Shown: positions 37,211-50,824, counted from the first letter of the whole stretch. The stretch is DNA of 60,126 nucleotides, filler included, from Squatina squatina (GCA_031763465.1; 4 parts of 4 records of this genome joined end to end with filler, not necessarily neighbours in it), one strand, 5' to 3'. The notes: generated from the letters alone by a model not told the origin. Numbers and translations: made by a program.

Positions 37211-37573
37211 GTGAGTATGTCAGTCGAGAAATTCGCTCGACTATCTTGTCGCGTTGACCTGGCGCAATACATCAAGTTNNNNNNNNNNNNNNNNNNNNNN
37301 NNNNNNNNNNNNNNNNNNNNNNNNNNNNNNNNNNNNNNNNNNNNNNNNNNNNNNNNNNNNNNNNNNNNNNNNNNNNNNCTAGGTCTTTATATCGAGTTTC
37401 CAGGCCTCAGCCACAAGCACGGATATAGCGTTCATCATAGAGGCTTTACACACTCCCCACCCCAGATATTGAAACCTTTAATAAAATCATATTTTTTTAA
37501 AGAATAAAGGTTAAAGATAATGATTATTGTAATGAAAATTTCTAACTACCTGTTTCTTTGTTTTGAACTTTAG

Positions 37574-37746
37574 TTCACATTGCTGTAATTTTTGGCAATG
37601 AAACCCTCGAGTACATTTGTAAACTGTGTCAACATCAGTTTGATTATCTCGAACGCCTTCCTAAAGGCCTGCTCATGTATATAATTTCATTTTTGGAGCT
37701 TGAGGACATTGCCAGACTTTCCCAAACATCCAGACAATTTGAAAAG
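37574..37746 (+). CDS. FBXO36: FBXO36 F-box exon (173 nt); the preceding exon is missing in the gap
   Basis: HIAVIFGNETLEYICKLCQHQFDYLERLPKGLLMYIISFLELEDIARLSQTSRQFEK. tttag acceptor, AAG|GTAAAA donor. Confidence 0.92.
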
Positions 37747-38089
37747 GTAAAACATTTGTTATTAATTTTGTTAATATTTTAGAAGCCTGAAAAGTTAGAA
37801 TAATTTAGTTTGAAATATTATCATACTGTGTTTATAATGGCCAACGGGAGACAAATCAATGAAAGTATTCACTCGATCCTGTTTATGTCTCACTGTGGAC
37901 CTAAAAGTTAATGGCTCATTTTCTGAAATCAGAGTTCCCATTGTTATAAGAACTGACACTCCACACACAATTCAAAACTGTGAATTACCATAGTCACTGT
38001 CGGTCGAGTCGACTTGCTTCCCACCCTGCAAGTCAGGCAGCATCTGTAAAGAAAGGAAAAAAGTTGATGTTTCAGGATTTGTCCTTTCT

Positions 38090-38720
38090 TTACAGATGCT
38101 TGGAGTACTGTGCACACTTCTGCTCTCCATGTTACAAAAAGGATATAGAGGCACTGGAGGTGCAAGAAGGTGCAAAAAAGATTTACAAGGATACCAGAAC
38201 TGAGAGGTTATAACTATCAGGAAAGACTGAACAGGCTGGGGCTCTTTTCTCCAGAGAAGGAATGGCTAAGGGTTGATTTTTTTTTTAATCGTTCCGGCAT
38301 GTGGGTGTCTCGGGCAAGGCCAGCATTTATTGCCCATCCCTAACTGTCCTTGAGAAGGTGGAGATTTCCTTCCCTAAAGGACATTAGTGAACCAGATGGG
38401 TTTTTACGACAACCCGGTAGTTTCATAGTCACCATTACTGATAGGCGCCAATAAATCCAGTAAGGAATTCAGGAGAAACTTCTTTACCCAGAGAGTAGTT
38501 AGAATGTGGAACTCACTACCACAAGGAGTAGTTGAGGCAACTAGTATAGATACATCTAAGAGAAATCTAGACAAACACACGAGGGAGAAAGGAATAGAAG
38601 GATATGTAAATGGGGTTAGATGATGAAGGGTGAGATGAGGCTCGTGTGGAGCATAAACTCCAGCATGGGCCTGTTGGGCCAAATGGCCTGTTTCTGTGCC
38701 ATAAATACTATGTAATACAT
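38090..38720 (+). mobile_element. CR1 LINE 3' end with a nested antisense fragment of another LINE
   Basis: CLEYCAHFCSPCYKKDIEALE and FFTQRVVRMWNSLP plus 3' UTR, interrupted at about 38280-38445 by the gccagcatttattgcccatcc family. Confidence 0.8.
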
Positions 38721-40726
38721 TGTTGGTGGTTCCTTGATAGCCCAGCAGCTATATCCAGTGAGTCGCCAAGCCATAGAGACCAGGAATATTCCAGGGTTAA
38801 TGGTTTGTACTGAGTTACCTAATCTGAGCCATGGTGAGTGCCAGAATCAGCCTCAATAACCCTGAATTCGAGAGGGCAAGAAGGTCCGCTGTCATCTCCT
38901 CCATGACAGTCAGGGATAAGGAATAAATGCGGCCTTGCTGGCATCACTTACATTCTGAGATCAAATTAATAAAAGAATTAGAAAGGGTAAAATTGGGAGG
39001 GGTTCAGGGCCCTTTTGGTATCTAGTGACCATTGCTGAAAGTATAAATATTAGATGACGGTGTTCACCTGTGATGTTTTCAATAGTCAAATAGCCTACAG
39101 ACACTGTGAAGGCTTTTTGATGAATATTGAGAAAGCTGAACTGTAATACACCAAGGAATCAGATTATTTCAGAAGAGTGGGGAGGGGAAAAGTGGAGAAA
39201 ATTGACAAGAAAACAAAGAAAAAATGCATAGGTCTTGAATTTCCTCAAGGATCAGGTCAGCCTGCCTGCGTAATTGGGTGGGCAGGGACTAGCGGGGGTG
39301 AACAATGAGGCGGAACTCTGATGCAATAAAAGGAGTGGAGACTTGAGGAATGGAGTCACCTGCTCCAATTCCTACTAGTTCCATCCACCTGTGCCGTTGA
39401 TGGACATGGGGCCTAAAAGAGTGTTCTGGGCCGAATTCACAGCCTGAAGGACTCAGAAGAAGACATTTAGCCCTGAGGGGCTGATGCGCCATTTTTATTT
39501 TATTCTTCTGCCAGCCCTCTTGGCTTTGACCACACTGCATCTGGCCAATACCATCTTTTGCTACATACCCCTAAACCCTATCAACATTCATATATGTGCC
39601 TTCCCTCAACTAGTGGGCGACTAAGATGCACCAATACTGGTGCGGTCAGACACCCCTATTGTGCAAATGATCTGATCCTATGAACTCCAGGGTCAGACAC
39701 TTGGGATACCAGACAGGTTAGAACTCCCACTCCACTATAGTTATGGCACTAGTGGTTTGTGGTTACTTGGGCAGGTAATGTTTACGCTTCTGTGAGAGTA
39801 TGGCTCGGATTTTGTGGCCAGTGGCAAACAAACGGCATTTGCCGTTCATTGCACTTACACTTGCCCAGAAACTTTCTGTGGGATTTTACACTGTCATTTG
39901 CGGTAATTCGAGAGTCAAAACAGCGCCGTGCCCTCTACAGGGGATCTGGGACCTGTGTGAACAGGACAAGCAATGGCGTGACAAAGCCCTAACTTTTTAA
40001 TGGGTATCTAGTGGGCAAGTACCCCAACTTCACGCCATTGCATGTATGCAAAGGCCGAGTCTCTTGACGCAATACCAGTATTGTGAAGCTTGTGGAGTAA
40101 CAGGGCAACTCGGACAGCAATTCCTGATTACTGTGTTTATCTGGGCAGGTGCCGACGCTGGAAGTTGCTTTCCGATTTACTCCTTAATAGAAACATAGAA
40201 ACATAGAAAATAGGTGCAGGAGTAGGCCATTAGGCCCTTCGAGCCTGCACCGCCATTCNNNNNNNNNNNNNNNNNNNNNNNNNNNNNNNNNNNNNNNNNN
40301 NNNNNNNNNNNNNNNNNNNNNNNNNNNNNNNNNNNNNNNNNNNNNNNNNNNNNNNNNNTTTCAGGACCTGACATGTGGGATTACTTATACAATGGAAGTA
40401 TTTTATTAGAACCTGTGTAAACACAAATAAAACAATAGTTATGCACATAAATCAGTGGTAAAGCTATCATTATGAGTAATTATCAAATCTGAAGTATTTC
40501 CTCCGTGGAAATTAACACTTGGGTTACTTGCTTAAGTAAGTGTTTGAAACAGAATATTATTGAATCTTGTAAATATAGGATACATGTAAATGAGGAATGC
40601 AAGCTTCAGCACAAATTGTGACTATTTCATGCAATAAAGGTATAAAATCACTTTTCAAATCTCAGAAGTTGATCTCCCAAGTGAAATAACGAAAACAAGA
40701 GCTACCTTTTTTTTGCAGTAGATGTG

Positions 40727-42865
40727 TCAGGTTTCAGAAATTCCATGATTTTTCTTTTCAGTGTTTCCCTTTATGTGGACACAATGCTTCACCAGCAGGC
40801 AGGCTATTCCAACCATGGAGAGGAGACCACATACATAAAACGAGAAGTCGTACTTGTTTGTCAAGTCAAAGATCTAACCTAATTAAAGAGAGGGCTCATT
40901 AAGTAGCCAACAATAGATATTCTTATAATTTAGTAGTTTCAGTTACTCTTCATTGTCTTTTAGTGCCTTTAGGCCTTCCAATAAGCTACAGTGGTAATGA
41001 GCTCCGTGCAACATATATACTTGCCACAGAATTTTCCCTTACTAAAAACTAGATTTTTTTTGTTGCATCNNNNNNNNNNNNNNNNNNNNNNNNNNNNNNN
41101 NNNNNNNNNNNNNNNNNNNNNNNNNNNNNNNNNNNNNNNNNNNNNNNNNNNNNNNNNNNNNNNNNNNNNGAATTATCAAAATGCAGACGCCAAGACAAAA
41201 GTTAGACAAGTGTAATACATTCCAGACGTTGACAAATGGGAGGTCGCAGATTATACCCAAAATCACTTTTCCAAAAATATGGAATATAGCTATGATTGAG
41301 GTTAGAGGAAACCTGTCATTTTTGGAGGATAAACCATACTGTTTTACAATCTCTGGTAGATGAATAACAGGTATAACAAAACTACAATAAGCAAATAAAG
41401 CCCGGAAAATGAATGCTACAAAAAGCTTATTTTGGAACAGTGATTCACCTCCGAAGTACCAAATGTGAAATCCTAGCCTCACAGAGTTTGTGCACTGGCT
41501 AAGTGTTTTAAAGAGGCTTAGTGCATACACGTCCTTAAAGATGATGCCTTTAGTGTCTTTATATTTCTATGCAGTTTCTGATGCACTTCTCACACAATCT
41601 CTGTCTGAATTTTCTTTATACTCCTCTGCCTTGTTTTTCGTCTTCCTTCTTTCAGTATTTTGGTTGTTAATGGCAAGTGCTGTGTCATCACTTTCAGCAG
41701 CCTGCTTCCTGTTACACTCCTGCACACCACATAACTCTGGTACACTTCCTTTGTCGGATGAAAATGGTTGTAGTAGAGCGCCACAGACACACAGGTTTAA
41801 ATTTACTGCTCCACGGATCAACATTGCGGTGCAGGCTCGAAGGGCCGAATGGCCTACTCTTGCATCTATTTTCTATTTCTATATTGTACCTCTCCATCCA
41901 AACTCTGCAGAAAGGGTTTGGAGTAAAATTGTTACAAGGAACGCTCCGAACCCAGTGCCAGTTGTGCTTATTCCCTGTGCAGAGTGCTCTCCGCTTTTGA
42001 AAATACTGTCCCACCATGACTATGTTCGTTGCAAATCCCTGATCACACAATGAAGAAAAGACATTTTAATTATACAGAAAAAGCTATCTGTATTACATAG
42101 GATAGACAGCACAGAAACCCAACCAGTCCATTCTTTCAAATGGAATCTTTTGAACATAATCAACATTGGGAGCATAAATTAAACAAAATCCATTGTTTAG
42201 TCAGGATGGTGTATCCTCCAGACATCATCCCTCAGATAGCGCCAGTGGTGCTCCTTGGATGATCTAGCAGGCAATGAATACTATTGCAATGTGAGATGGG
42301 ACCATTGTTTGTAGACAGTTTATCCAGACAACTCATTTGAAACAGATAAATTCAGGATTTGAAATGTTTTAGGAAACAAAGTACAGCCAAAAGTTGTTTT
42401 ATTCTACNNNNNNNNNNNNNNNNNNNNNNNNNNNNNNNNNNNNNNNNNNNNNNNNNNNNNNNNNNNNNNNNNNNNNNNNNNNNNNNNNNNNNNNNNNNNN
42501 NNNNNNNNNNNNNNNNNNNNNNNNNNNNNNNNNNNNNNNNNNNNNNNNNNNNNNNNNNNNNNNNNNNNNNNNNNNNNNNNNNNNNNNNNNNNNNNNNNNN
42601 NNNNNNNNNNNNNNNNNNNNNNNNNNNNNNNNNNNNNNNNNNNNNNNNNNNNNNNNNNNNNNNNNNNNNNTGCCAATTATTATAAAAGACCATTTGACCA
42701 AATGCTTAAAATGCACTCACCAGTTACTACCCCAAATGAAATACAAAGATAGTAAACGCTTGTTGCATAAGCACTCAGTGCCCAGCCCAGTGTGGTTATT
42801 ATCCCTCCAACTACTGCAGTTGTACGACATCCACGTGCGTCCATAAAAAAAACTCACAAATGGGC
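40727..42865 (-). pseudogene. SLC16A14: Monocarboxylate transporter 14, disabled; exons 42721-42865, about 41170-42038 and 40727-40878
   Basis: MCT14 motifs GPF..GCRTTAVVGG, VMVGQYFQKRRAL, LNLCVCGALL, FAYCSFVIPVIHLPEIV, FPLTSIIAIFHIFGKVILG, KYDFSFYVCGLL. Syntenic with TRIP12/FBXO36. Frameshifts, in-frame TAG codons and a 60-nt insertion. Confidence 0.9.
41823..41886 (+). mobile_element. Truncated CR1-type 3' tail inserted in an SLC16A14 exon
   Basis: 56 nt (cggtgcaggctcgaagggccgaatggcctactcttgcatctattttctatttctat) between direct ATTG repeats at 41823-41826 and 41883-41886. Reverse complement of the tail at 40187-40258. Confidence 0.88.
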
Positions 42866-43843
42866 CTGTATTGCAGAAAAAGAAAAGATCTGAATTAACT
42901 GGGCAGAAAGGATAGCAAACAAGATAGACAGATATTAGGCATTGAGATGTATAGATGTATTCCATAAGGCAAAAAGAGAGAAGTAGCAAAGAATAGAGTC
43001 TCAATGATAAATAGAAAGGTTAAAACTAAATTGAAACTGAAAAGGGAGGGATATGATAAAATTCAAGCTAACACTACGAAAGATAATCAGGAGAAACATC
43101 GAAAGTGTAATAAGTAGGTGAATAGAATGATCCGATGAGCTAAAGGGATTCTGAAAAAAAAACAAGTAGATTATATAACATGAAATTGTCAGGGGGTTTG
43201 TAAGCNNNNNNNNNNNNNNNNNNNNNNNNNNNNNNNNNNNNNNNNNNNNNNNNNNNNNNNNNNNNNNNNNNNNNNNNNNNNNNNNNNNNNNNNNNNNNNN
43301 NNNNNATGGCCACTGGACAGCCACGTCTGTTCAATAAAATCAATAGAAAGGAAGCTGAATAAAGACAAACAGCTGACTGTTACCCCTTCCTGAGGTACCC
43401 GGTGCTTATTGCAGCAATTACAGGAAAGAATATTCTGTTCTTTGGAAAGCATATACCTGTTCTTTATAAACACATTGATGACCTAGAATGTAGAAGAAAT
43501 TTTCCCCAATATTTTTTGGAGGATGTGATATTAACCCACATATCCTCTTCAGTAAAGTGTGCTCAGACACCTGATCTTACAGTAATTATACATCCCTTTA
43601 GACATGTTACTATCACTTCCATCGCTTGTGTTGCTAGGTTTGATTTATTTCAGCTGAGTTGATTGTTTTCTATCTTTTTTTTGACCTTTATAGAGTTGCA
43701 GTTACAGACGGATAACATCAATGCGCAGTGAAGCCCATAAACTAACATGACAAGATGGCCTTTAAGTGTAACTACCTTTGATGGAGGAATAGCTTTAAAC
43801 AATTTATTCATTTCATTTATAAAGAAGAGTATCAAACGGAGCC

Positions 43844-44805
43844 ATGAACAGCACCAATGAGACTTCCGATTACATTTTTAACACAGTGAAGACTTCAGTT
43901 TATCTGACTGATTTTATCATCACTGCTGTGTGCAGTTATGTAATAATAAGCACAGTGCAGCAAGACTTGGAATTAAAATGTGAGACCAGATACATCCTCC
44001 TGTGCCAGCATCTCATCTATGCTTCTACATATTTTGCCGTGGGCACCCTGACAAATGGCTTTCGACTCTTCAGTATCAATTCACCCAGGATTCTTTGCTG
44101 GATCCTGTTCGCAGTGCAAGTAACATTCGCACAATGCATTAAGCTAACTTTAACCCTAATGTCCTTGAACGCTTGTCTAGCTATCTGTCGTCCTTTGCGA
44201 TACAATTCGCTTGTTGATTCAGCTAAAAAGAAGATAACTGCAATAATGTGGATATTAGCAATGCAGAATCCATTGTGGTCAATAATATATCAAAGCCTGA
44301 ATGTCTCGTTGACATATATAATTGAGAAGGACAATAGCTGTCCCAGTCCAATGAATGGAGTTGTTTCAAGACAAATTGGAATTGTATTTGTCCTTCTGTG
44401 TTTCATCTTGATNNNNNNNNNNGCTACTGTTTAATATATAGAGAAGGAAAAAGAGCTGGTCACTTTGTCTCCTTGAATGTTCAAGCAAGGAAGACGATTC
44501 TTATTCATGGTGTGCAATTAAGTTTTTTCATTGTCCCTGTTTTGATCACACTTGGACTCGGTAAAAAGCCTAAATTAGCAACGTTGTATCTGGTCAATAC
44601 TGTCATTTTCTCTGTGGCCCAGTGCCTTAGTCCTGTGGTCTATGGCCTCAGATCTAAAGAGCTTCGAAGTAAGTTAACTAAGACCAAATTCTGCTGCTGC
44701 ACTTTTAAAAATGGGAAGGAAAATGGTGGTGTTATTCAGCTGAGTGAAAGCCTTGCCGCTGGCACTGTAACTGATAACCAGAGCAGTCAAGTCTGCAACC
44801 CCTGA
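43844..44805 (+). CDS. Intronless class A GPCR, type-2 odorant-receptor-like (GPR148 / OR131-2 related); 10-N gap at 44413-44422
   Basis: N-glycosylation sequons in MNSTNET, multiple hydrophobic segments, and the motifs ETRYILL, CLAICRPLRY, ARKTILIHGVQL and LSPVVYGLRSKEL. Confidence 0.85.
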
Positions 44806-45884
44806 CTATTGCATTGCTATTCTTACCAGTCTTGTATTACAGCATTTCATAGAATGATACAGTACAGAAAGAAGCTGTTCGGTCCCTTGTAACTGTGCCA
44901 GCTATTTGAAAGAGCTATCTCGTTAGTTCAACTGCCCTGCTCCTTCTCCATAGCCCTGCAAATTATTGTCCTTCAATATTTATTCAATTCCCTTTTAAAA
45001 TTGTTATTGAATCTGCTTCCACCACCCTTTCAAGCAGTGCGTTCCAGATCATAACTCTTTGAATGAGCTATTTGATTAGTCCCACTGCCCTGCTCCTTCC
45101 CCATAGACCTTCAAATTCCCTCCCCTGCCCCCATCCCAGTATTGGGAAAATATTTTTAGGAAATAAAGTAAATGTTTCAAACTGTAGAAAATACACTTTT
45201 TTATATGTACAAGTGATATCAATGGCTCGATATTTGCATTTTTTTTAAACTACAGAAAGGTAAATATTATTTGCAAAAATAAATTAAGCTTAGGCTGCTG
45301 TTATACAGTGGACACCAGCTTGAGACTATTAGAGTGTATAGCACCAGGGAGTCGTCAGAACTGAGTTTCGTGTATTGCCAGGTTTGTATTAATCTCTAAT
45401 TAGGGAAAGCAGAAGCCGTGCTCATTGGAATCCAAATGCTGGCTCTCTGCTTAATTAAAATGACAAAAAAAAAGTTCTCTTCACCCCCCCCAAAATCCCA
45501 GATAACATTGTAAGAAAATGCATTTACACAGCAGGGACTATTAATGGTTCTGACGCTATAGCCTCTGACCTCACCAAACAGCCTTCAATGTGAGGTATTG
45601 CTACAATTGATTAATTTAAGTAAAATTGCCACTTTTGTCTTCAGGTCAAGAAAAGCTAGGAATTATTTGGTCCATTGAAACAGTTCCTGTACAAAAATGC
45701 AGCATGGCATAAAGGTCCCCACATTTCGGCAAATATTAACCCTCTTTCTATAAATCAAACCAGTTCAACCAGCCACTCCTTACCAAAAACAATAGACATA
45801 TCTGAATAGTCAATATCGACGCTAGTGGTCAAATGTGCCAGTGTTAATTACAGAATTAAATAACCTACTACAAAAGGGGGGGGG

Positions 45885-45984
45885 NNNNNNNNNNNNNNNN
45901 NNNNNNNNNNNNNNNNNNNNNNNNNNNNTTAATTAATTAANNNNNNNNNNNNNNNNNNNNNNNNNNNNNNNNNNNNNNNNNNNN
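45885..45984. other. Artificial scaffold linker
   Basis: N44-TTAATTAATTAA-N44. Confidence 0.97.
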
Positions 45985-46338
45985 GGCTAATGGAATGTTT
46001 GCCATCATTTCAAGAAGGCTGGAATATGAAAGTGAAAAAGTGATGGCCTTGTGATAGTTTTGTAAAATACTTCACTGTTCCTTAATGTTTATTTTTTTTC
46101 CCTTATGTGCCCTCTTAGCTTTCCTTATCCCGCTCTTATCCTCTTTTCTTATTTACTCCCACTTTCCGAGTTCCCAATCTCCACATGTCCTCAGAGGAAG
46201 GTGCCGAGTGCTTTCCTCTCATTCCTGTTTTAGGAAGGGTGGGAAGAGAAGGGCAAAACTCAATCAGCCAGTCACCTTTCAGTGGCTTGGTGCAGGGCAG
46301 TGCTGGTGTAGGTCTCAGGTGCTCTTCANNNNNNNNNN

Positions 46339-46900
46339 CACAACTCCACTCCCTTCAGTTTGTTGCTCTGCCCGTCTCCCCCGCGTGCTGACGTCAGGAG
46401 CGCGGCCGGGCCTCCCTTAAAGGGGAGGGCCGCCGGCCATCCTGATGGTGCCCCGCAGCCCGACACTGGGCCACCAGAGATAGCGCCGATCGGGACACCA
46501 GCCTGGCAGGTCAGTCGACGTAACAGGCGAGGGGATGGTGGCCCGAGCGGGCTGTGACCTGCCATCATTCGGCCGACATGAGAGTCGGCCGATAAATAAA
46601 GATGGCAGCTGCAGGCGTCCACGCCCTCCCTTTTAAGAGGGCCGCTGCAGCGACAGGTTTTGCTGTCACTGCAACGGCCCAGCACTGCGGCCGCCTCAGG
46701 CTGGTGAATTCTGCCCACGGGACACAAACGGAGCGCAAAGGGGGTCGTGGCTGCGCAGTGCAGGTCGGCGCGCGTCTTTATGTCGTCACGTGCCGACCAG
46801 CCACGGAATTGGCCAGGCCAGGTGCAAAGGCATTTGTGCCCCAGCTGAATTCCCCTGGAGGAGCTAACGGGATGCAACAGGAGATGAATTTCTCACCCCC
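46339..46900. mobile_element. GC-rich non-autonomous DNA transposon-like element (Harbinger-type end)
   Basis: CpG-rich with internal palindromes (cccttaaagggg). Ends aatttctcacccc; similar ends occur at 17107, 23442, 51040 and 51950. Confidence 0.45.
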
Positions 46901-49455
46901 AATGCTTTAGGCAAACCCGTTGTTCTGGAGACTTGACTTGGAAAGCATGCTACCAATTACTTGTTGTGATCATTTGATATTGAAACCAGAGCAAACCAAA
47001 TGAGTGTGACATGCACAATTTCCAGCGCAGATGAAAAATGTCACTACTTACAAGATCTTTAGACTGAATTACATTTAAATATGCTTTGTCAGCAATATTC
47101 AGATTTATTCCAATTATGCTTGCATCCAATTCACTCATGATCATTCCTCAATATACGCAATGCTAGCTAAGATTTTCGGCAAAGTCCTTTTAAGCATTTA
47201 AATAAGAACTTACATGAAAAGGAGGAAAAACAGCACTCCAGGACAATTGGCTACGGCAGCGAGGGTACGCCAATCCCTGATGTAATAGCCAATAACAGAG
47301 AAAGCAGCAATTCCAACTGCGAACACTAAATTGGTGAGTGACCCTGAATTTTAAAAAGAATTCCAGTTATATAAAACACAATGCAATTCTTATCCGACTT
47401 TTGGCCAATTTAGATGAAGCATCAATCTACCAAAGCTTCCGCATTTCTGAAATAATCCTCCCCAATTATTTTATAATAAGGGAGATCGAGAACGATCCAT
47501 CTGGGGCTGCATCTGCCACTCCTTTTGATCATTAAGGCCCATGATGTAACTCATGTTTTTTAAAAAAAAATCTATCAAACAGTTATAAATTCAACTGTTC
47601 AATCTTCATCAAATCATAAATACAACATGGAATGTGCTGGGCAAAACAAATCAGCATTCTTCATCTACAAGTCAACCCAAATGTTGAGAGAAAAAAATAC
47701 CCATTACAGGACTTTTTTTTTTAATAATGTATTCAGAATGTCCAACTGCAGCACTGCAGGGCCAGACCAGTGTGCACATCTTCAAAGGGCAAACGGTGAA
47801 ACTGTGCGGTAAAATATTATCAGGGAGATAGAAAGCCCAAGACAGAAATGAGCCACACCTTCCCCATTTGTGGAAATGAAGGGAGACGGCAAGAAGCTAA
47901 ACGAGGGAGGTATAGACTGTGCGGAGATGGTCTGAAGCCAGATCATTGTGAGACTCGCTACATACGATTGATCACCCTGGGTCTTTTCTCTCTTGAAAAG
48001 ACTGAGAGGGGATAGGATAGAGGTGTTTTATAATGATGAGAGCTTTGGACAAAGTACATCCAAGTGAGCCATTCTGCCATGTACAGAGTTTCAGCACAAA
48101 GGGTCAGATTAATGTCAACAAAGGAAAAGAGGAAATGGAGGAGGAACTGTTTGATAAACGANNNNNNNNNNNNNNNNNNNNNNNNNNNNNNNNNNNNNNN
48201 NNNNNNNNNNNNNNNNNNNNNNNNNNNNNNNNNNNNNNNNNNNNNNNNNNNNNNNNNNNNNGCAGCTCAGCTGCATGCTAAATATCAAAATAAAGCCAAC
48301 AGCTTCAGTGAAGGTTATCTGAGGACCTGGTAAATAAATAGTCATGTACTGCAGTGCCAACATTTATCTGAATGTCAGAATCCCAAGAACACTCTACATT
48401 CAAGAGTACACACGACAATTTCCCCAAGTACTTGCTACTGAAATAAGATCAGTATATTCCATATTTAAAATGTAGAAAGTTGAAGAATTTACAACATACA
48501 CCAACCGACTTAAAGTGCTGAAGGCACCCATTGACCTTACAAAATTTATAAAAACATGCAATTAGTGTTTGAGATATTTGCATTTCAAAATACTAAATAT
48601 TTTGCATTTTGGCTTTAAATATACACAACTTTTGAACATTCCATCTGAAACACACACACACACACTATGAACATTTCAAATATTAACCCAGATAGTTCAA
48701 AAATCATTACTGAAAACACTGTGATAAGTATGGTTTCTGTGAGTCAAGTGCGCATTTCCGTGACAAAGATGCATTTGGAATATTTATAATTGCTTTTGTT
48801 GTTGTAACCATCGATCAAATTTTCACAAGCTGCTCCAGTAATTCTGAAAACATGGAAGTATTTTCACATTTTCTCCTTGAAATAATCAATCTACGACTTG
48901 CTAGCCCAATTCTACTTTGCACTGTTCCTTGGTTAACTTTTCTCCTGAAGTATAATACACAAGTTTATGAAAAAAACATGACCTTTCCTGTTAATGACTT
49001 CAAATGACCAGTCAATAACACACATTATTTTCAAGTCCCATTATCACAGGACACCCCGACAATAAACGCAGTCCTCATTTACTGGACCAACTCAGCGAGA
49101 TGAGTCAGGAAGACAAAGAGGAATCTGTCGGAACCACCAATTTGGAGCTTTTTTTTTTGAAAAGTAAAATATTTACAACAGAAATCAAACTGCACAGAGT
49201 CAGGTCAAGTCACAATCAGGAGGAACATTCACAAAATGGTTCATTTTATCCTGTAGTGATGTAACTACATTGGGGTCTCTTCTTGGCCCTCAACTTCAGT
49301 GATCCATATCGAACCTGGAACCAAAAACAAAACTGTTCTCAATACATTTACTTTAAACAAAGTACACAGAATCCCCAATTTACGGCAAATCAACTTGCGG
49401 ACTTGATTATAAACAAATCATTCTTAAATTCCCAATCATAATAAATCATCATTTC

Positions 49456-49842
49456 TTGGGACAGGGTGCAGAGGGGGTTTACTCGAATGGGACCAGGGAT
49501 GATAGAGAGACGAGGGAGCTGGGACTGTTCTCCTTCGAGCACAGAGGGGCAAGGGATTTAATAGAGGCATTCACAACCAGGAGGGGCTTTGACAGATTCA
49601 CTAAGAAGAAACGTTTTTCCATTGGCAGGAGAGTCACTCACCAGTAGACATATTTAAGATAACTGGCTGAAGAACGAGAGCAGAGATGAGTGGATTTCCT
49701 TAAAAATATAAACGCAGCAAGTTGTGATTATCTGGAATGCGCTGCCTGTAAGGGCGGTGGAAGCAGATTCAATAGTAACTTTCAAAAGGGAATCGGAGAA
49801 ATACTTGCACAACAAAAATTTGCAGGGCTGCGGGGAAAGAGC
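49456..49842 (+). mobile_element. CR1 LINE 3' fragment
   Basis: RELGLFSFEHRG.RDLIEAF and IWNALPVRAVEADSIVTFKRE. Confidence 0.85.
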
Positions 49843-50824
49843 NNNNNNNNNNNNNNNNNNNNNNNNNNNNNNNNNNNNNNNNNNNNNNNNNNNNNNNNNN
49901 NNNNNNNNNNNNNNNNNNNNNNNNNNNNNNNNNNNNNNNNNNCATGTGGGTGCGGAGAAGACAAAGAGTAGTGACCCTCGGACTCTCTTGTGAACACTCC
50001 AGTGGCTGGTTTCAGCAGTTTCCCCTCTTAATCAAGGATGGTGTGCAGCATTGGGAGAAAGTACGTTGGACTGAGAGGGCCCAGTAACAACGGCGCACCA
50101 GAATCTACCCATATCCACTATTTGCACCATATAGTGGTTACCCAAGCATGTGAATGGCATGTATGTAGCTCAAGACATCCAGCTCACTAAGCTGTAAAAT
50201 ACGATGCAGGTGGGATAGATTTGGGGAATTGAATAGCAGCATTGCCCAGGCATACCTGTCAAATACATACAATTCAGTATCAAGCGAGTGTCCCTTAACA
50301 TCCTGTTGAGGTGCATATAGTCATGTGAACATGTTTAAGATATTACATTCCAATATACACACACACACACACGCACACTTAGAATTTCAGTGTTGTTTCT
50401 TAAAAAGTTATGTGATGGCGCTCAACAGTTCAATCCCACTTCGCAATTAAAGGGCTATTTTAAGCTTGAGTGAATGAAGTAAAATGAATGCGTGCCACGT
50501 CGAAATTGCTGCTGTGACAAGCAATGTTAGGCTTTAATTGATGAACTTTCCATGAACCTGGCCATCTGTTTCTCTCATGCTACTGTTGTACTCATGGTAT
50601 AAGTTCGACATCAGTGCCTGTTTTGAGCTGGTGCGAGCCTGTGGTACGAGTTGTGCTGCTGTCTCCATTTGGCTCCCAGTAGGCAGCAAAGCAAGGCACN
50701 NNNNNNNNNNNNNNNNNNNNNNNNNNNNNNNNNNNNNNNNNNNNNNNNNNNNNNNNNNNNNNNNNNNNNNNNNNNNNNNNNNNNNNNNNNNNNNNNNNNT
50801 TGCTTTTACCATGTGTAACAAATT

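Noticed and set aside
46339-46900. CpG-island promoter of JMJD1C or REEP3
   Set aside because: I found no first-exon coding sequence of either gene, and the terminus and palindromes match the recurring MITE-like repeats.
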